From an uncultured Thermoleophilaceae bacterium (GTDB lineage Bacteria > Actinomycetota > Thermoleophilia > Solirubrobacterales > Thermoleophilaceae), in contig CAVTEX010000005.1 of assembly GCA_963733655.1 (NCBI GenBank), positions 187,834-251,833 of the forward strand: 64,000 bases of DNA, given 5' to 3'. The position numbers and the translations under genes were made by a program. Below the pieces are notes generated by a model. The model was not told the origin of the DNA. It searched no databases and saw only the letters and a program-made list of their open reading frames with translations. Below, one piece after another: positions 17,867 to 28,139 of this stretch. The first letter of the stretch is position 1. The number at the start of each line of letters is the position of its first letter.

Positions 17867-19777
17867 CTACTCCGAAGCCGCCCCCGCCTTGCGTCTGCGG
17901 CCTCGGCCGCCGCGGCGGCCGCGCCGGCGGCGGCGGCCGTTGGAAGCGCCGTCCTCGCCGGCCGCCGTGATCAGGCCCTCGGGCGGGTCGACCATCGAGG
18001 CCTGGGCCGCGCTGCGGCCCACCTTCTCGATTCGCACGAGGGTCTTCTCCCCCACCAGCGGCGCCGCCCCGAAGACCGACACCACGTAGCCGTCCAGCTT
18101 GGCCACCGCGTCGTCGTCGTTGTACATGTGCGGCTCCTCGATGTGGACGAGCACCTCCTCGCCCTCGCGGAACGGCAGCGCCCGCTCCTCGACCTCGTCG
18201 CGCGTGCCCTCGAGCACCACGTCGAAGTAGTCGATCGGCAGCGCCTCGGTGCCCTCGAAGTGGAAGTGCTTGCCCGTCTCGGCCTCGATCTCGTGGATCG
18301 GCCCCTCCACGCCCGTGGCCGCCGACCAGGATCGAGGCCACGCTCGGGATGCACCCTGATCAGGAAGGCCGGCGGGTCGGGACGCTCGGCCAGCCAGGTC
18401 GCGCAGCCAGCGGTCGACCTCGATCGCCACCGTCTCCTCGGAGAGCACCACGCCCTCGCCCTCGCACGTCGGGCACGGCTTGGTGATGATCTCGCGCACC
18501 CCGTCGGTCACGTTCTGGCGCGTCATCTCGACCAGCCCGAGCGGGGAGATCTCGACCACGTAGGTCTTGGTGCGGTCCTCGTCGAGCGACTTGCGCAGCG
18601 TCTTGAGCACCGCGTCGCGGTTGCGCGCCCGCGACATGTCGATGAAGTCGATGACGATGATGCCGCCGATGTCGCGCAGGCGCAGCTGGCGCACGACCTC
18701 CTCGGCGGCCTCGAGGTTCGTCTTCGTGATCGTGTCCTCGAGCTTGGCGCCCTTGCCGCGCCCGGTGAACGAGCCGGAGTTCACGTCGATGACCGTCATC
18801 GCCTCGGCGTAGTCGATCATCAGGTAGCCGCCGCTCGGCAGGTCCACTCGCCGCTTGAGCACCGAGAGGATCGCCTCCTCCACGCCGTAGCGCTCGAACA
18901 GCGGCTCGTCGCTGTCGTCGTAGAACTCGAGCCGGTCGAGCAGCTCGGGCGCGGTGCGGTTGAAGAAGGACTGCAGGCGGTGGTGCTGCTTCTCGTCGTC
19001 GACGATCGCCTTCTCGAACTCGCCCGAGAAGATGTCGCGCGCGACACGCACCGACAGGTCGGCCTCCTGGAAGGCCATCGCCGGCGCCTGCGTTTCCTTC
19101 GCGCGCTGCTGCAGCACGTCGTGCAGCTTGTGGAGGTACTTGATCTCGCGCTCGAAGTCCTCGCGCGTGGCGCCCTGCGCAGCGGTGCGGACGATCACGC
19201 CGCCCTCGCCGAGATCGGCCTTGGCCGCGGCGCGCCGCACGCGGTCGCGCTCCTTGTCGTCCAGCCGGCGTGACACTCCCACGCCCTCGCCCTGCGGGAC
19301 GTAGACCAGGTAGCGCCCGGCGATCGAGATCTGCATGGACAGCCGCGGCCCCTTGGTCTTGAGCGGGTCCTTGACCGCCTGGACGAGGATCTCCTGGCCG
19401 GGCTTGAGCAGCTCGGTGATGCGCTTGCCCTTCTGCCCGCGGCCACCGCGGCCGCGGCGGGCCACCTCCACGCCCGGGAAGACGATGTCGTCCGCGTGCA
19501 GGAAGCCGTTCTTGTCCAGGCCGATGTCGACGAACGCCGCCTCCAGCCCGGGCAGGACGTTGTCGACCTTGCCCTTGTAGACGTTGCCGACTATGGAGCG
19601 GTTGCCCTTGCGCTCGATATAGAGCTCGGCTACCCGCCAGTCGTCCTGTTTCTGATTGCTCTGGTTTTTCTTACTGCCGCGCCCCCGGCGCTGGGCGCCC
19701 TGCGGGCTGCCCTCCGATTCCAGGATCGCGACTCTTGTTTCGCCTCGGTCTACCGAGACGAGCAACTGCTTTCTCAA
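17867..19777 (-). CDS. rne: Rne/Rng-family ribonuclease (RNase E/G); three closely spaced apparent frameshifts at ~18300-18390
   Basis: 636-aa ORF. S1 domain (IVGNVYKGKVDNVLPGLEAAFVDIG), catalytic core (GGYLMIDYAEAMTVIDVNSG...IGGIIVIDFIDM), CPxCxGxG zinc link and an RG-rich tail. TTG start 22 nt after the rodA stop. Confidence 0.9.
   Translation of the reverse strand: MRKQLLVSVDRGETRVAILESEGSPQGAQRRGRGSKKNQSNQKQDDWRVAELYIERKGNRSIVGNVYKGKVDNVLPGLEAAFVDIGLDKNGFLHADDIVFPGVEVARRGRGGRGQKGKRITELLKPGQEILVQAVKDPLKTKGPRLSMQISIAGRYLVYVPQGEGVGVSRRLDDKERDRVRRAAAKADLGEGGVIVRTAAQGATREDFEREIKYLHKLHDVLQQRAKETQAPAMAFQEADLSVRVARDIFSGEFEKAIVDDEKQHHRLQSFFNRTAPELLDRLEFYDDSDEPLFERYGVEEAILSVLKRRVDLPSGGYLMIDYAEAMTVIDVNSGSFTGRGKGAKLEDTITKTNLEAAEEVVRQLRLRDIGGIIVIDFIDMSRARNRDAVLKTLRKSLDEDRTKTYVVEISPLGLVEMTRQNVTDGVREIITKPCPTCEGEGVVLSEETVAIEVDRWLRDLAGRASRPAGLPDQGASRAWPRSWSAATGVEGPIHEIEAETGKHFHFEGTEALPIDYFDVVLEGTRDEVEERALPFREGEEVLVHIEEPHMYNDDDAVAKLDGYVVSVFGAAPLVGEKTLVRIEKVGRSAAQASMVDPPEGLITAAGEDGASNGRRRRRGRRGGRGRRRKAGAASE
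18101..18169 (-). repeat. direct-repeat copy B (within the rne coding sequence), partner of 17298-17366
   Basis: GGCCACCGCGTCGTCGTCGTTGTACATGTGCGGCTCCTCGATGTGGACGAGCACCTCCTCGCCCTCGCG, with 7 mismatches to copy A. Confidence 0.8.
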
Positions 19778-19798
19778 AGCTTTTTCCCTTCATATCTT

Positions 19799-20974
19799 TC
19801 ATAGGGCCTTGGCCGCAGCGGTTTCGCGCGCCTGCGCGTGTATCGACTGCAGCACCCCTATGGCCATCAGTGTCGTTATCACCGACGAGCCGCCATAACT
19901 CATGAGCGGCAGGGGAATGCCGGTGATGGGCATGATTCCGATCGTCATGCCCACGTTGACGAAGACCTGGAACATCAACATAGCGGTGATGCCCCCGGCG
20001 ACCAGTGCGCCGTAGAAGTTCTTGGCCATCGTCAATGTCTTCAAAGCTCGCCATATCAGGAGGGCGAAGAGGGACAACACGAGGGCTGCCCCGACGAAAC
20101 CGAACTCCTCGCCCACTACCGAGAATACGAAGTCGGTGTGATGTTCCGGCAGGAAGTCGAGTTTGGTCTGTGTTGCTTCGTCGCCGCGACCGGTCTTCCC
20201 CCCGGAGCCGATCGCCGTCAATGACTGGTTTATCTGGTAGCCCTCCTCGCGAGGATCCGAGGTCGGATTGAGGAAGGCCGTGAGGCGGTCCATCTGGTAC
20301 GGCTTGAGCAACTGGACCCCCGCTGCGGGCGCCGCGACCACCACGACCACGATCGCCACGGCGGCGATGCCGGCCAGGCCCGCGAAGTGGGTCCACGGGG
20401 TGCCGGCCACGAACAGCACGGCCAGCAGGATCGCCAGGTACACGAGCCCCGAGCCGAGGTCCGGCTGGGCGATCACGAGCATCGCCGGCACGAGCGCGAG
20501 CAGGACAATCCGGCTGGTGGTCTCGCGCTCGTTCAGCCGCCGCATGCGGTCGACCATGAAGGCCGACAGCGTCACCACCAGCAGCAGCTTGCCGAGCTCC
20601 GACGCCTGGAAGTTGAAGAACGGGAACTCGATCGCGCGCCGCGAGCCGCGGGCCGAGAAGCCCAGGGCGTACACGAGCAGGATCGACGCGATCAGGAAGG
20701 CGTAGATCCCGAGCTTCCACTCCCGCAGGCGCGAGTAGTCGAAGCGCGAGATCAGCAACATGAACACGATCCCGACAGCCGCATAGGCGGCCTGGCGAAC
20801 GACGAAGTAGTTGGGGTCGCCGGCGATGTCGTCGCCGGTGGCGGTGGCGACGGTGTAGAGGCTGGCCGCCACCAGCCCGAGCGTGGCCAGCAGCATCAGC
20901 GGATCGATCCGCAGGACGCGCACGCCCGCGTCGCGGAAGTCACGCACCGGAGAGGAGGAGGCCGACGCGTTCAT
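19799..20974 (-). CDS. rodA: rod-shape-determining SEDS glycosyltransferase RodA
   Basis: 391 aa, FtsW/RodA/SpoVE family (FQASELGKLLLV...PEHHTDFVFSVVGEEFGFVG...GIPLPLMSYGGSS). Follows pbp2 with a 1-nt stop/start overlap. Confidence 0.95.
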   Translation of the reverse strand: MNASASSSPVRDFRDAGVRVLRIDPLMLLATLGLVAASLYTVATATGDDIAGDPNYFVVRQAAYAAVGIVFMLLISRFDYSRLREWKLGIYAFLIASILLVYALGFSARGSRRAIEFPFFNFQASELGKLLLVVTLSAFMVDRMRRLNERETTSRIVLLALVPAMLVIAQPDLGSGLVYLAILLAVLFVAGTPWTHFAGLAGIAAVAIVVVVVAAPAAGVQLLKPYQMDRLTAFLNPTSDPREEGYQINQSLTAIGSGGKTGRGDEATQTKLDFLPEHHTDFVFSVVGEEFGFVGAALVLSLFALLIWRALKTLTMAKNFYGALVAGGITAMLMFQVFVNVGMTIGIMPITGIPLPLMSYGGSSVITTLMAIGVLQSIHAQARETAAAKAL

Positions 20975-22887
20975 CAGTCGGGAGCCCCTCCCCCCTCCAC
21001 GAGCTGGTTCTCGTTCACGTTGAACAGCTCGGAGAGGATGAGCCGGGCCATCGGCGCAGCCGTGTCGGCGCCGAAGCCGCCGGCCTCATCGGTGACGGCC
21101 ACCACGTACTTGGGATTCGGATAGGGAGCGAGCGCCAGGTACCAGGACTGGTCCGCGCGGCCCGCGCCCTTCTCCGCGGTGCCGGTCTTGCCGGCGATCT
21201 CGATCGGGAAGCCTTCGAAGACGGGGGTCGAGGTGCCGCCGGGCGAGTTGGCCGCGCCATAGAGGCCGTCGAGGATGGCCTGGCGGTAGGACTCGTCGAT
21301 GTTGACCCGGCGCGCGGTGGGGGCCTCGAGCTGCTGCAGCGCCCGCCCCGTGGAGTCCTCGATCCGCAGTCCCAGCCGCGGGCGCAGCACCTTGCCGCCG
21401 TTGGCCACCGCCGCGTAGGCGACGGCCATCTGGAGCGGGTTGGCGGCGATGTCGCCCTGGCCCACGGAGAGGTTGATGTTGTCGCCGACGGCCCAGGGCC
21501 GGTCGAAGAAGCCACACCTGCCCGCCTGGATCTCGATGATCGACGGCTTCTGCTTGTCCACGCAGCGCTGGTACTGCTTGTAGCCGCGGTTGCGCCAGGC
21601 CGGCGTGGGGATGCGGCCGGGAAGCTCCTCCGGCAGGTCGATGCCGGTCTGGCGGCCCACGCCGAGGCGCCTGGACCAGCGCTGCAGCCCGAGGCCGTCG
21701 TCCTTCGCGTTGAGCTGCTGGCCGAGTTGGTAGAAGAAGACGTCGCTCGACACCGTGAGGGCCTGCCTCAGCGCGAGCGGGCCGTTGACAGCGTCGCCGG
21801 CGTTCTTGAACGTCACGCCGCCTACGGTGATCGAGCCGGAGTCGTTGAGCACGGTGTCGGGACCGATCACGCCGCTCTCCATGGCCGCCACGGCCGTCAC
21901 GAGCTTGAAGGTCGAGCCGGTGGGATAGCCGCCCTGGATCGCGCGATTGGAGAGCGGCGCGTTCTCGTCCTTGGCGAGCCGCTTGTAGTCCTTCGTGAAC
22001 CGGTTGGCGTCGAAGGAGGGCGTGGAGCCGAGCGCGACCACCTCGCCCGAGTTCACATCCAGGACCGCGAACGCACCCTTGCCGGTCCCGTTCGAGAGCG
22101 CCTCCTGTCCGGTGCGCTGGACATCGAGGTCGACCGAGAGTCGTAGCTGACGTCCCTGCTGTGGCCGCCGCTGGTTGAGCCGCTCCGAGATGTTCCCCAG
22201 CGCATCGACCTCCACCCGCGCGGCGCCGTTGCGCCCCCGCAGGAAGCGGTCGTACTCGGACTCGATTCCGGTCTGACCGATTCGATCGCCGAGCTCCACG
22301 CCGTTGTAGCGCTCGTCCTCCAGCTGCTCCTTGTTGATCTCGCCGACGGTGCCGAACAGGTGCGCGCCGATCTCGCCGTGGGGATACCGCCGCACGAACT
22401 GGCGCTCAACCTCCACCCCGGGGAACTGCTCCTGGCGCTCGAGCACGTAGGCGGCCACCTCGTCCGGGACGTCGGATTTGACCGTCGCCGCCGAGAAGGG
22501 CACGGCCTTCAGATCGCGCTCGGCGCGGCGCTCGATGCGTCGCGGACTTCATCCGAAGCAGCTCGCCGAGCCGCCCGTAGACCTGGCGCCGCTCGTCAAG
22601 ATCCTCGGACACCTTGTCCGGACTGACCACGAGCGCCAGTCCGCTGCGGTTGACCACCAGGGCGTGCCGTTGACGTCGACGATCTCCCCGCGGGGCGCCT
22701 GCACCTTGATCTCGCGCACCCGGTTGTCGGAGGCCTCGGCCAGGTAGCGGTCGCCGGACAGAACCTGCAGGTACCAGAGACGGAAGAAGATGATCGCGAA
22801 GGCCATCAGCGCGATACCGCCGATCACGGCGACGCGGAAGGCGAGCTGCGGAGTGAGGGTCGGGCGGCGCTCGTTGTCGAGGTACAT
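20974..22887 (-). CDS. mrdA: penicillin-binding protein 2 (elongasome transpeptidase), with two apparent frameshifts (~22666 and ~22550)
   Basis: N-terminus in ORF 22549..22887 (TM anchor, RGEIVDVNG), continuation in ORF 22406..22657 (ALVVNRSGLALVVSPDK...), body in ORF 20974..22503 (STFK, SxN-type and KTGTA motifs). Confidence 0.9.
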
Positions 22888-22891
22888 CAGC

Positions 22892-23479
22892 TCACTGCCC
22901 CGGGCTTCCCAGACCGCGCAAGCCGAGTGGGCCGGCCTCTCGATAGGGACGGCGGCGGGCGCGCGCCGCCAACGGGTCGACGGCCAGCACCGGCCGCAGC
23001 ACGCGGCGGCAGAGCGCGAACACCGGCAACGCGATCAGCGTGTTGAGCAGCACCGTGACGACCATCTCGCGGAGCACGAGAGGGCTGACCGTCGCGCCCA
23101 CGTCGAGCATGAACGACACACCGGCGAAGGCGACCACCCAGGCGGCCGTGGCCAGCGCCCCCACTGCCAGCGGCATCAGCCCGTGGCTGCGGTCGCGCAT
23201 CTCCCCGAAGCGCCCCACCCCGTAGCCGACCGCCGTGAGCACGAGCGACGAGGCGCCCATGGTCGCTCCGCTGAGCAGGTCGAGCAGGAAGCCGGCGGCG
23301 AAGCCGACGGCGCAGCCGGACAGAGAGCCTCCGTAGAAAGCGGAGGCGGCGACCACGAGGACCACCACATCGAAGCCGCCGCCGAGGATGGTCATCTGGC
23401 TGAGCGTGGAGAGCTGGAGCACGACAGCCAGCACCAGCAGCAGGCCGACGCGCACGAAGGTGCCGGGAACGAGCCTCAC
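22892..23479 (-). CDS. mreD: rod-shape-determining protein MreD
   Basis: C-terminal 195 aa of track ORF 22892..24019, starting at in-frame GTG 23479 (VRLVPGTFVRVGLLLVLAVVLQLS...). Five hydrophobic helices, positioned between mreC and pbp2. Confidence 0.75.
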   Translation of the reverse strand: MRLVPGTFVRVGLLLVLAVVLQLSTLSQMTILGGGFDVVVLVVAASAFYGGSLSGCAVGFAAGFLLDLLSGATMGASSLVLTAVGYGVGRFGEMRDRSHGLMPLAVGALATAAWVVAFAGVSFMLDVGATVSPLVLREMVVTVLLNTLIALPVFALCRRVLRPVLAVDPLAARARRRPYREAGPLGLRGLGSPGQ

Positions 23480-24392
23480 GGCGTGACCACTCCGGCGGTC
23501 TGTTCGTTGCGCGGCCTTGCGCGTGAGCACCTGCACGATGTCCAGGCGGCGCAGGTCGGCGAATGGCTTGAGGTGCACGCGCTGGTAGATGTCGACCTCG
23601 TCGAGGTCCACCTCGCTCACCCGGCCGATCGGGATGCCGCGCGGGAACAGCGAGTCGATCCGGTTCGTCCTGAAGCCCGACGTCACGACCACGGCGTTCT
23701 CGGTCACGCGGCCGCCGTGGACGAGGTCGAGGAGCAGGTCGCGCGGATCTCCCACCTCGGGGCGCACCACTCCGGCGGCGCCGGCGGGCATCACCTGGGC
23801 GCCGACTCCGACCGAGGCGTCGGTGATCAGAGTGACCGTCGCGTTTCCGCCGGTCACGCTCGTGACCTTGCCGGCCAGGCCTCCGGTGGCCGGACCGGAA
23901 TCGTCAGCGGCGGCCGCGATCACCGGCTGGTTGACCCGCAGCCCGTCGTCGGAGCCCTTGTCGATCTTGACCGCCGAGTACCAGACGTTGGGCGAGCGGG
24001 CGATCACGCGTGCCGCCACCGGCTCGGTGCCCTGCGGGAAGCCCTCCTCCTTCGACGAGCCCCACGAGACCCTTGAGCTGGCTGGCGTCGCGCTGGGCGG
24101 TGCGAGCCTCGGCGACCTCCTTGGTCAGGCGGTCGACCTCCTGCCTCAGGGCCTCGTTCTGGTCCTTGGCGTCGACCGTGTCGCCGACCCAGCCCACCAG
24201 GTCGCGCGCGGGCTTGAGCGCCCGGCTCGCGCCGGTCTCGATCGGTGCGAAGGTCTCCTGGGCGCCGCGCTGGAGCGCGTGGAAGAAGCCGCCGCCGGAC
24301 TCGCCGAAGTAGGCGGTCAGGATCGCGATCGAGAGCGCGACGAATACGGCGAGGGCGGCTCGCCTCCTGCGGATCGTCTTGCGGTCGTACAT
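23476..24392 (-). CDS. mreC: rod-shape-determining protein MreC (apparent frameshift ~24055; 3' end uncertain)
   Basis: ORF 23904..24392 gives the TM anchor plus coiled coil (ENEALRQEVDRLTKEVAEAR...QLKGLVGL). After a 1-nt slip it continues as SSKEEGFPQGTEPVAARVIARSPNVWYSAVKIDKGSDDG... in ORF 22892..24019. Confidence 0.8.
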
Positions 24393-24423
24393 CTAAGGGG
24401 TGCCGGCCTGGGGCCGCTCCCGA

Positions 24424-25623
<1,200 letters not shown>

Positions 25624-25712
25624 TCAGACGGCACAAAAAGGCTGCAAAGAGCGGGGTCGGCTACCGGGGCGCCGCCGCAGGCGGCCCGAGACTCGGCTTA
25701 GTCGGTCGACCA

Positions 25713-25749
25713 AGTGACATCGACCATGAGATAGATGGTCGATGTCACT
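25713..25749 (-). terminator. perfect 15-bp stem / 7-nt loop hairpin overlapping the maf stop codon (no U-tract)
   Basis: AGTGACATCGACCAT-gagatag-ATGGTCGATGTCACT. A locally AT-rich element in the maf-mreB spacer. The TGA of maf (25745-25747) lies in the 3' arm. Confidence 0.45.
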
Positions 25750-26296
25750 CGGTCGGAAACAACAGCGTGGGCTCGAGCTTCAGCAGCGCGGCCACCGGTA
25801 GGCCGACCACGTTGAGGTAATCGCCCTCGATCGCCTCCACCAGCGCCGCGCCCTTCAGCTGGATGGCGTAGCCGCCGGCGCGTCCATCCCACTCGCCCGT
25901 GCTCAGATACCAGGCGATCTCGTGCTCCTCGAGCGCCCGGAAGCGAACCCGTGTCACCGCGACATCCGTGCGCTCCCTCTTTGCCTCGTCCCTCAGCGCG
26001 ATCCCGCTCATCACCTCGTGAACCGCGCCGGACAGGGTCCGCAGCTCGCGCTCGGCCTCCGCCAGGTCGCGCGGCTTGCCGAGGACGCGCGTGCGTTCGA
26101 GGGCAACCACCACCGTGTCCACCCCCAGCACCAGATCCCCCTCCACCGCACGCGCCTTGCGCAGCGCGTTCTCCACCACCACGTCCCGCGGATCGCCCTC
26201 GGTGACCTCCTCCACCTCCGGCACCTCCACGCGAAACTCGACCCCGAGCTGCTCGAGGATCGCCCTCCTCTGTGGAGAGCCCGAGGCGAGGATCAA
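25745..26296 (-). CDS. maf: Maf-like nucleoside-triphosphate pyrophosphatase
   Basis: 183 aa. [17 protein letters not shown]...GVDTVVV...GKP...GGYAIQ. TTGA overlap with the ndk stop. Confidence 0.9.
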   Translation of the reverse strand: MILASGSPQRRAILEQLGVEFRVEVPEVEEVTEGDPRDVVVENALRKARAVEGDLVLGVDTVVVALERTRVLGKPRDLAEAERELRTLSGAVHEVMSGIALRDEAKRERTDVAVTRVRFRALEEHEIAWYLSTGEWDGRAGGYAIQLKGAALVEAIEGDYLNVVGLPVAALLKLEPTLLFPTE

Positions 26297-26697
26297 AGCT
26301 CGGGGAAGAAGAGCGCGCTCTCGCGGGCGGCCGACTCGGCGGAGTCCGAGCCGTGCACCAGGTTGGTCTGGACCTCGAGGCCGTAGTCGCCCCGGATCGA
26401 GCCCGGCGCGGCCTCGAGCGGGTTGGTGGCGCCGATCACCTGGCGCGCCGCCGTCACCGCCTCGTGGCCCTCGAGCACCATCGCAACCAGCGGACCGCCG
26501 GTGATGAAGTCGACGAGGTCGCCGAAGAACGGCTTGCCCTGGTGCTCGGCGTAGTGCTCCTCGGCCAGCTCGCGCGTGACGGTCATGTGCTTCATCGCCA
26601 CGATGCCAAGGCCCTTGCGCTCGAAGCGTGCGATGACCTCCCCGGTCAAGCCGCGGCTGAATGCGTCGGGCTTCACCAGGATCAGGGTCCGGTCCAT
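26293..26697 (-). CDS. ndk: nucleoside-diphosphate kinase
   Basis: 134 aa. [27 protein letters not shown]...NLVHGSDS (active-site His). Confidence 0.97.
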   Translation of the reverse strand: MDRTLILVKPDAFSRGLTGEVIARFERKGLGIVAMKHMTVTRELAEEHYAEHQGKPFFGDLVDFITGGPLVAMVLEGHEAVTAARQVIGATNPLEAAPGSIRGDYGLEVQTNLVHGSDSAESAARESALFFPEL

Positions 26698-26722
26698 TGA
26701 TTCTCCTCTCGGTTAGGTGGAG

Positions 26723-27370
26723 TCAGCCCGCGGACTGGGGCCGGTCGCGGCGGGCTCGCGCCGGCCGCTCCGCGGGAGCTTCCTCGGCCGGCCTGGGCTG
26801 CCGGGCCGCCTGGGCGGGGCGGGCCGCACGCGGCGCCGCGGCGCCCGCGGCTGCGGCGGGGGCCGCTCGGCGCGGCCGGGTGCGACGCGCCTCCGGCGGG
26901 GCCTGCCCGACCTCCGCCTCGCAATAGGGGCAGATCTTCCAGCGCGGATCGAGCGGCTTGCCGCAGACGGTGCAGGGCTCCTTCAGGCGGCGCAGGCAGC
27001 TGGGACAGCGCAGGAACGCGGCCTCCACCTCGAACCCGCAGTACTGGCAGTGCGGATGCTCGAGGTTCTGCAGGCGCGCCTGTGCCGCGGCGATCTCGAG
27101 GTCACGCTCGCGCACGTCCTCCAGATACTCCGGCGGGCGGACGATCAGGTAGACGATGGTTCCGATGAAGGGGAACAGCGACGCCGCCGTGGCGCAGCCC
27201 ACCAACATGGGGTCGGCGATACGCCGCCGTGCGTCCGCGAAGGTCCAGTAGACCAGCGCGAGCCAGATCACGACGAGGAAGAGAAGGAGCAGGTTGACCG
27301 CGAGGTTCAGCCCGTCGTTCTCGATGCCGAAGATGGCGAGGAGCGCCATTGAAGGGGCGAGTGTAGCCAC
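26723..27370 (-). CDS. membrane protein with PLDc_N-like N-terminal domain and double zinc-ribbon, Pro/Ala/Arg-rich tail
   Basis: 215 aa. VVIWLALVYWTFADARRRI...FPFIGTIVYLIVRPP (PLDc_N-like), then CQYCG...CPSC...CTVCG...CPYC. Confidence 0.7.
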   Translation of the reverse strand: MATLAPSMALLAIFGIENDGLNLAVNLLLLFLVVIWLALVYWTFADARRRIADPMLVGCATAASLFPFIGTIVYLIVRPPEYLEDVRERDLEIAAAQARLQNLEHPHCQYCGFEVEAAFLRCPSCLRRLKEPCTVCGKPLDPRWKICPYCEAEVGQAPPEARRTRPRRAAPAAAAGAAAPRAARPAQAARQPRPAEEAPAERPARARRDRPQSAG

Positions 27371-27397
27371 CGTCCCGTACGGAACCGCCAGGCCGCG

Positions 27398-27484
27398 TCA
27401 GAGAAACAGGCGGCCCAGCGCGTAGCCGATCCCGAAGAACACCAGGATCACGGTCGCCACCACCACCGCGACCAGCGCGATCAT
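27398..27484 (-). CDS. possible 28-aa hydrophobic mini-protein
   Basis: Own translation: MIALVAVVVATVILVFFGIGYALGRLFL*. One TM helix, between the GNAT and zinc-ribbon genes. Only a weak GGAG very close to the ATG. Below the ORF-track size cutoff. Confidence 0.3.
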   Translation of the reverse strand: MIALVAVVVATVILVFFGIGYALGRLFL

Positions 27485-27548
27485 GGCTCCAAAGCGGGGT
27501 CCGTCGCCGTCCATGCCCGTGAATCCTGGCAGCCGCCCGGGAGCGGCG

Positions 27549-28139
27549 CTACCTCGTCCAGCGCGGACGCAGCGAAAGCTCTCCGCGCGCGGCGGCTCGG
27601 ATCGTCCGTCGAAGCGCGGCGGCCACGCCCTCGGCGGGCAGGTCCACCTCGACCTCCACCGTCCCGAATTCCTCGTTGGTGAAGCGGACCACGCCGAGGT
27701 CGTCGATCAGCTCGAGCATGGGCCGATTGTCGGAGAGGATGGAGGCGCTGAAGCGGCGCACGCCCTCCTCGCGCGCACGGTCGCTCAGCCGCGCCAGCAG
27801 CGCGCCACCGACGCCGCGCCGCTGCCAGTCGTCGGCCACCGCCACCGCGAACTCCGCCTTGTCGGGCTCGTCCGGAAAGCGAACGAAGCGGGCCACGCCG
27901 ACCCCCATCCCGGTTTGCGGGTCCCGCGCGACCAGCGCCTCGTGGTCGTGATGGTCGACCTGAGTGAGGTAGTCGAGCTCCGCGTCCGACAGCTCGTTGG
28001 TGGGCGCCAGGAAGCGCCGGTAGCGCGACTCCGGACTCAGCCGCCGCAGCCCGGCGGCGAGCTCATCGCGGTCCTCGGCCTCGATGGGACGGATCTGGAT
28101 CTCGGACCCGTCGCTCAACGACACCGGGCCGGCCGTCAC
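27549..28139 (-). CDS. GNAT-family N-acetyltransferase (Pat/protein-acetyltransferase-like domain)
   Basis: C-terminal 196 aa of track ORF 27549..28724 from GTG 28139 (VTAGPVSLSDGSEIQIRPIEAEDRDELAAGLRRLSPESRYRRF...VADDWQRRGVGGALL). GTGA overlap with the folC stop. Confidence 0.8.
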   Translation of the reverse strand: MTAGPVSLSDGSEIQIRPIEAEDRDELAAGLRRLSPESRYRRFLAPTNELSDAELDYLTQVDHHDHEALVARDPQTGMGVGVARFVRFPDEPDKAEFAVAVADDWQRRGVGGALLARLSDRAREEGVRRFSASILSDNRPMLELIDDLGVVRFTNEEFGTVEVEVDLPAEGVAAALRRTIRAAARGELSLRPRWTR

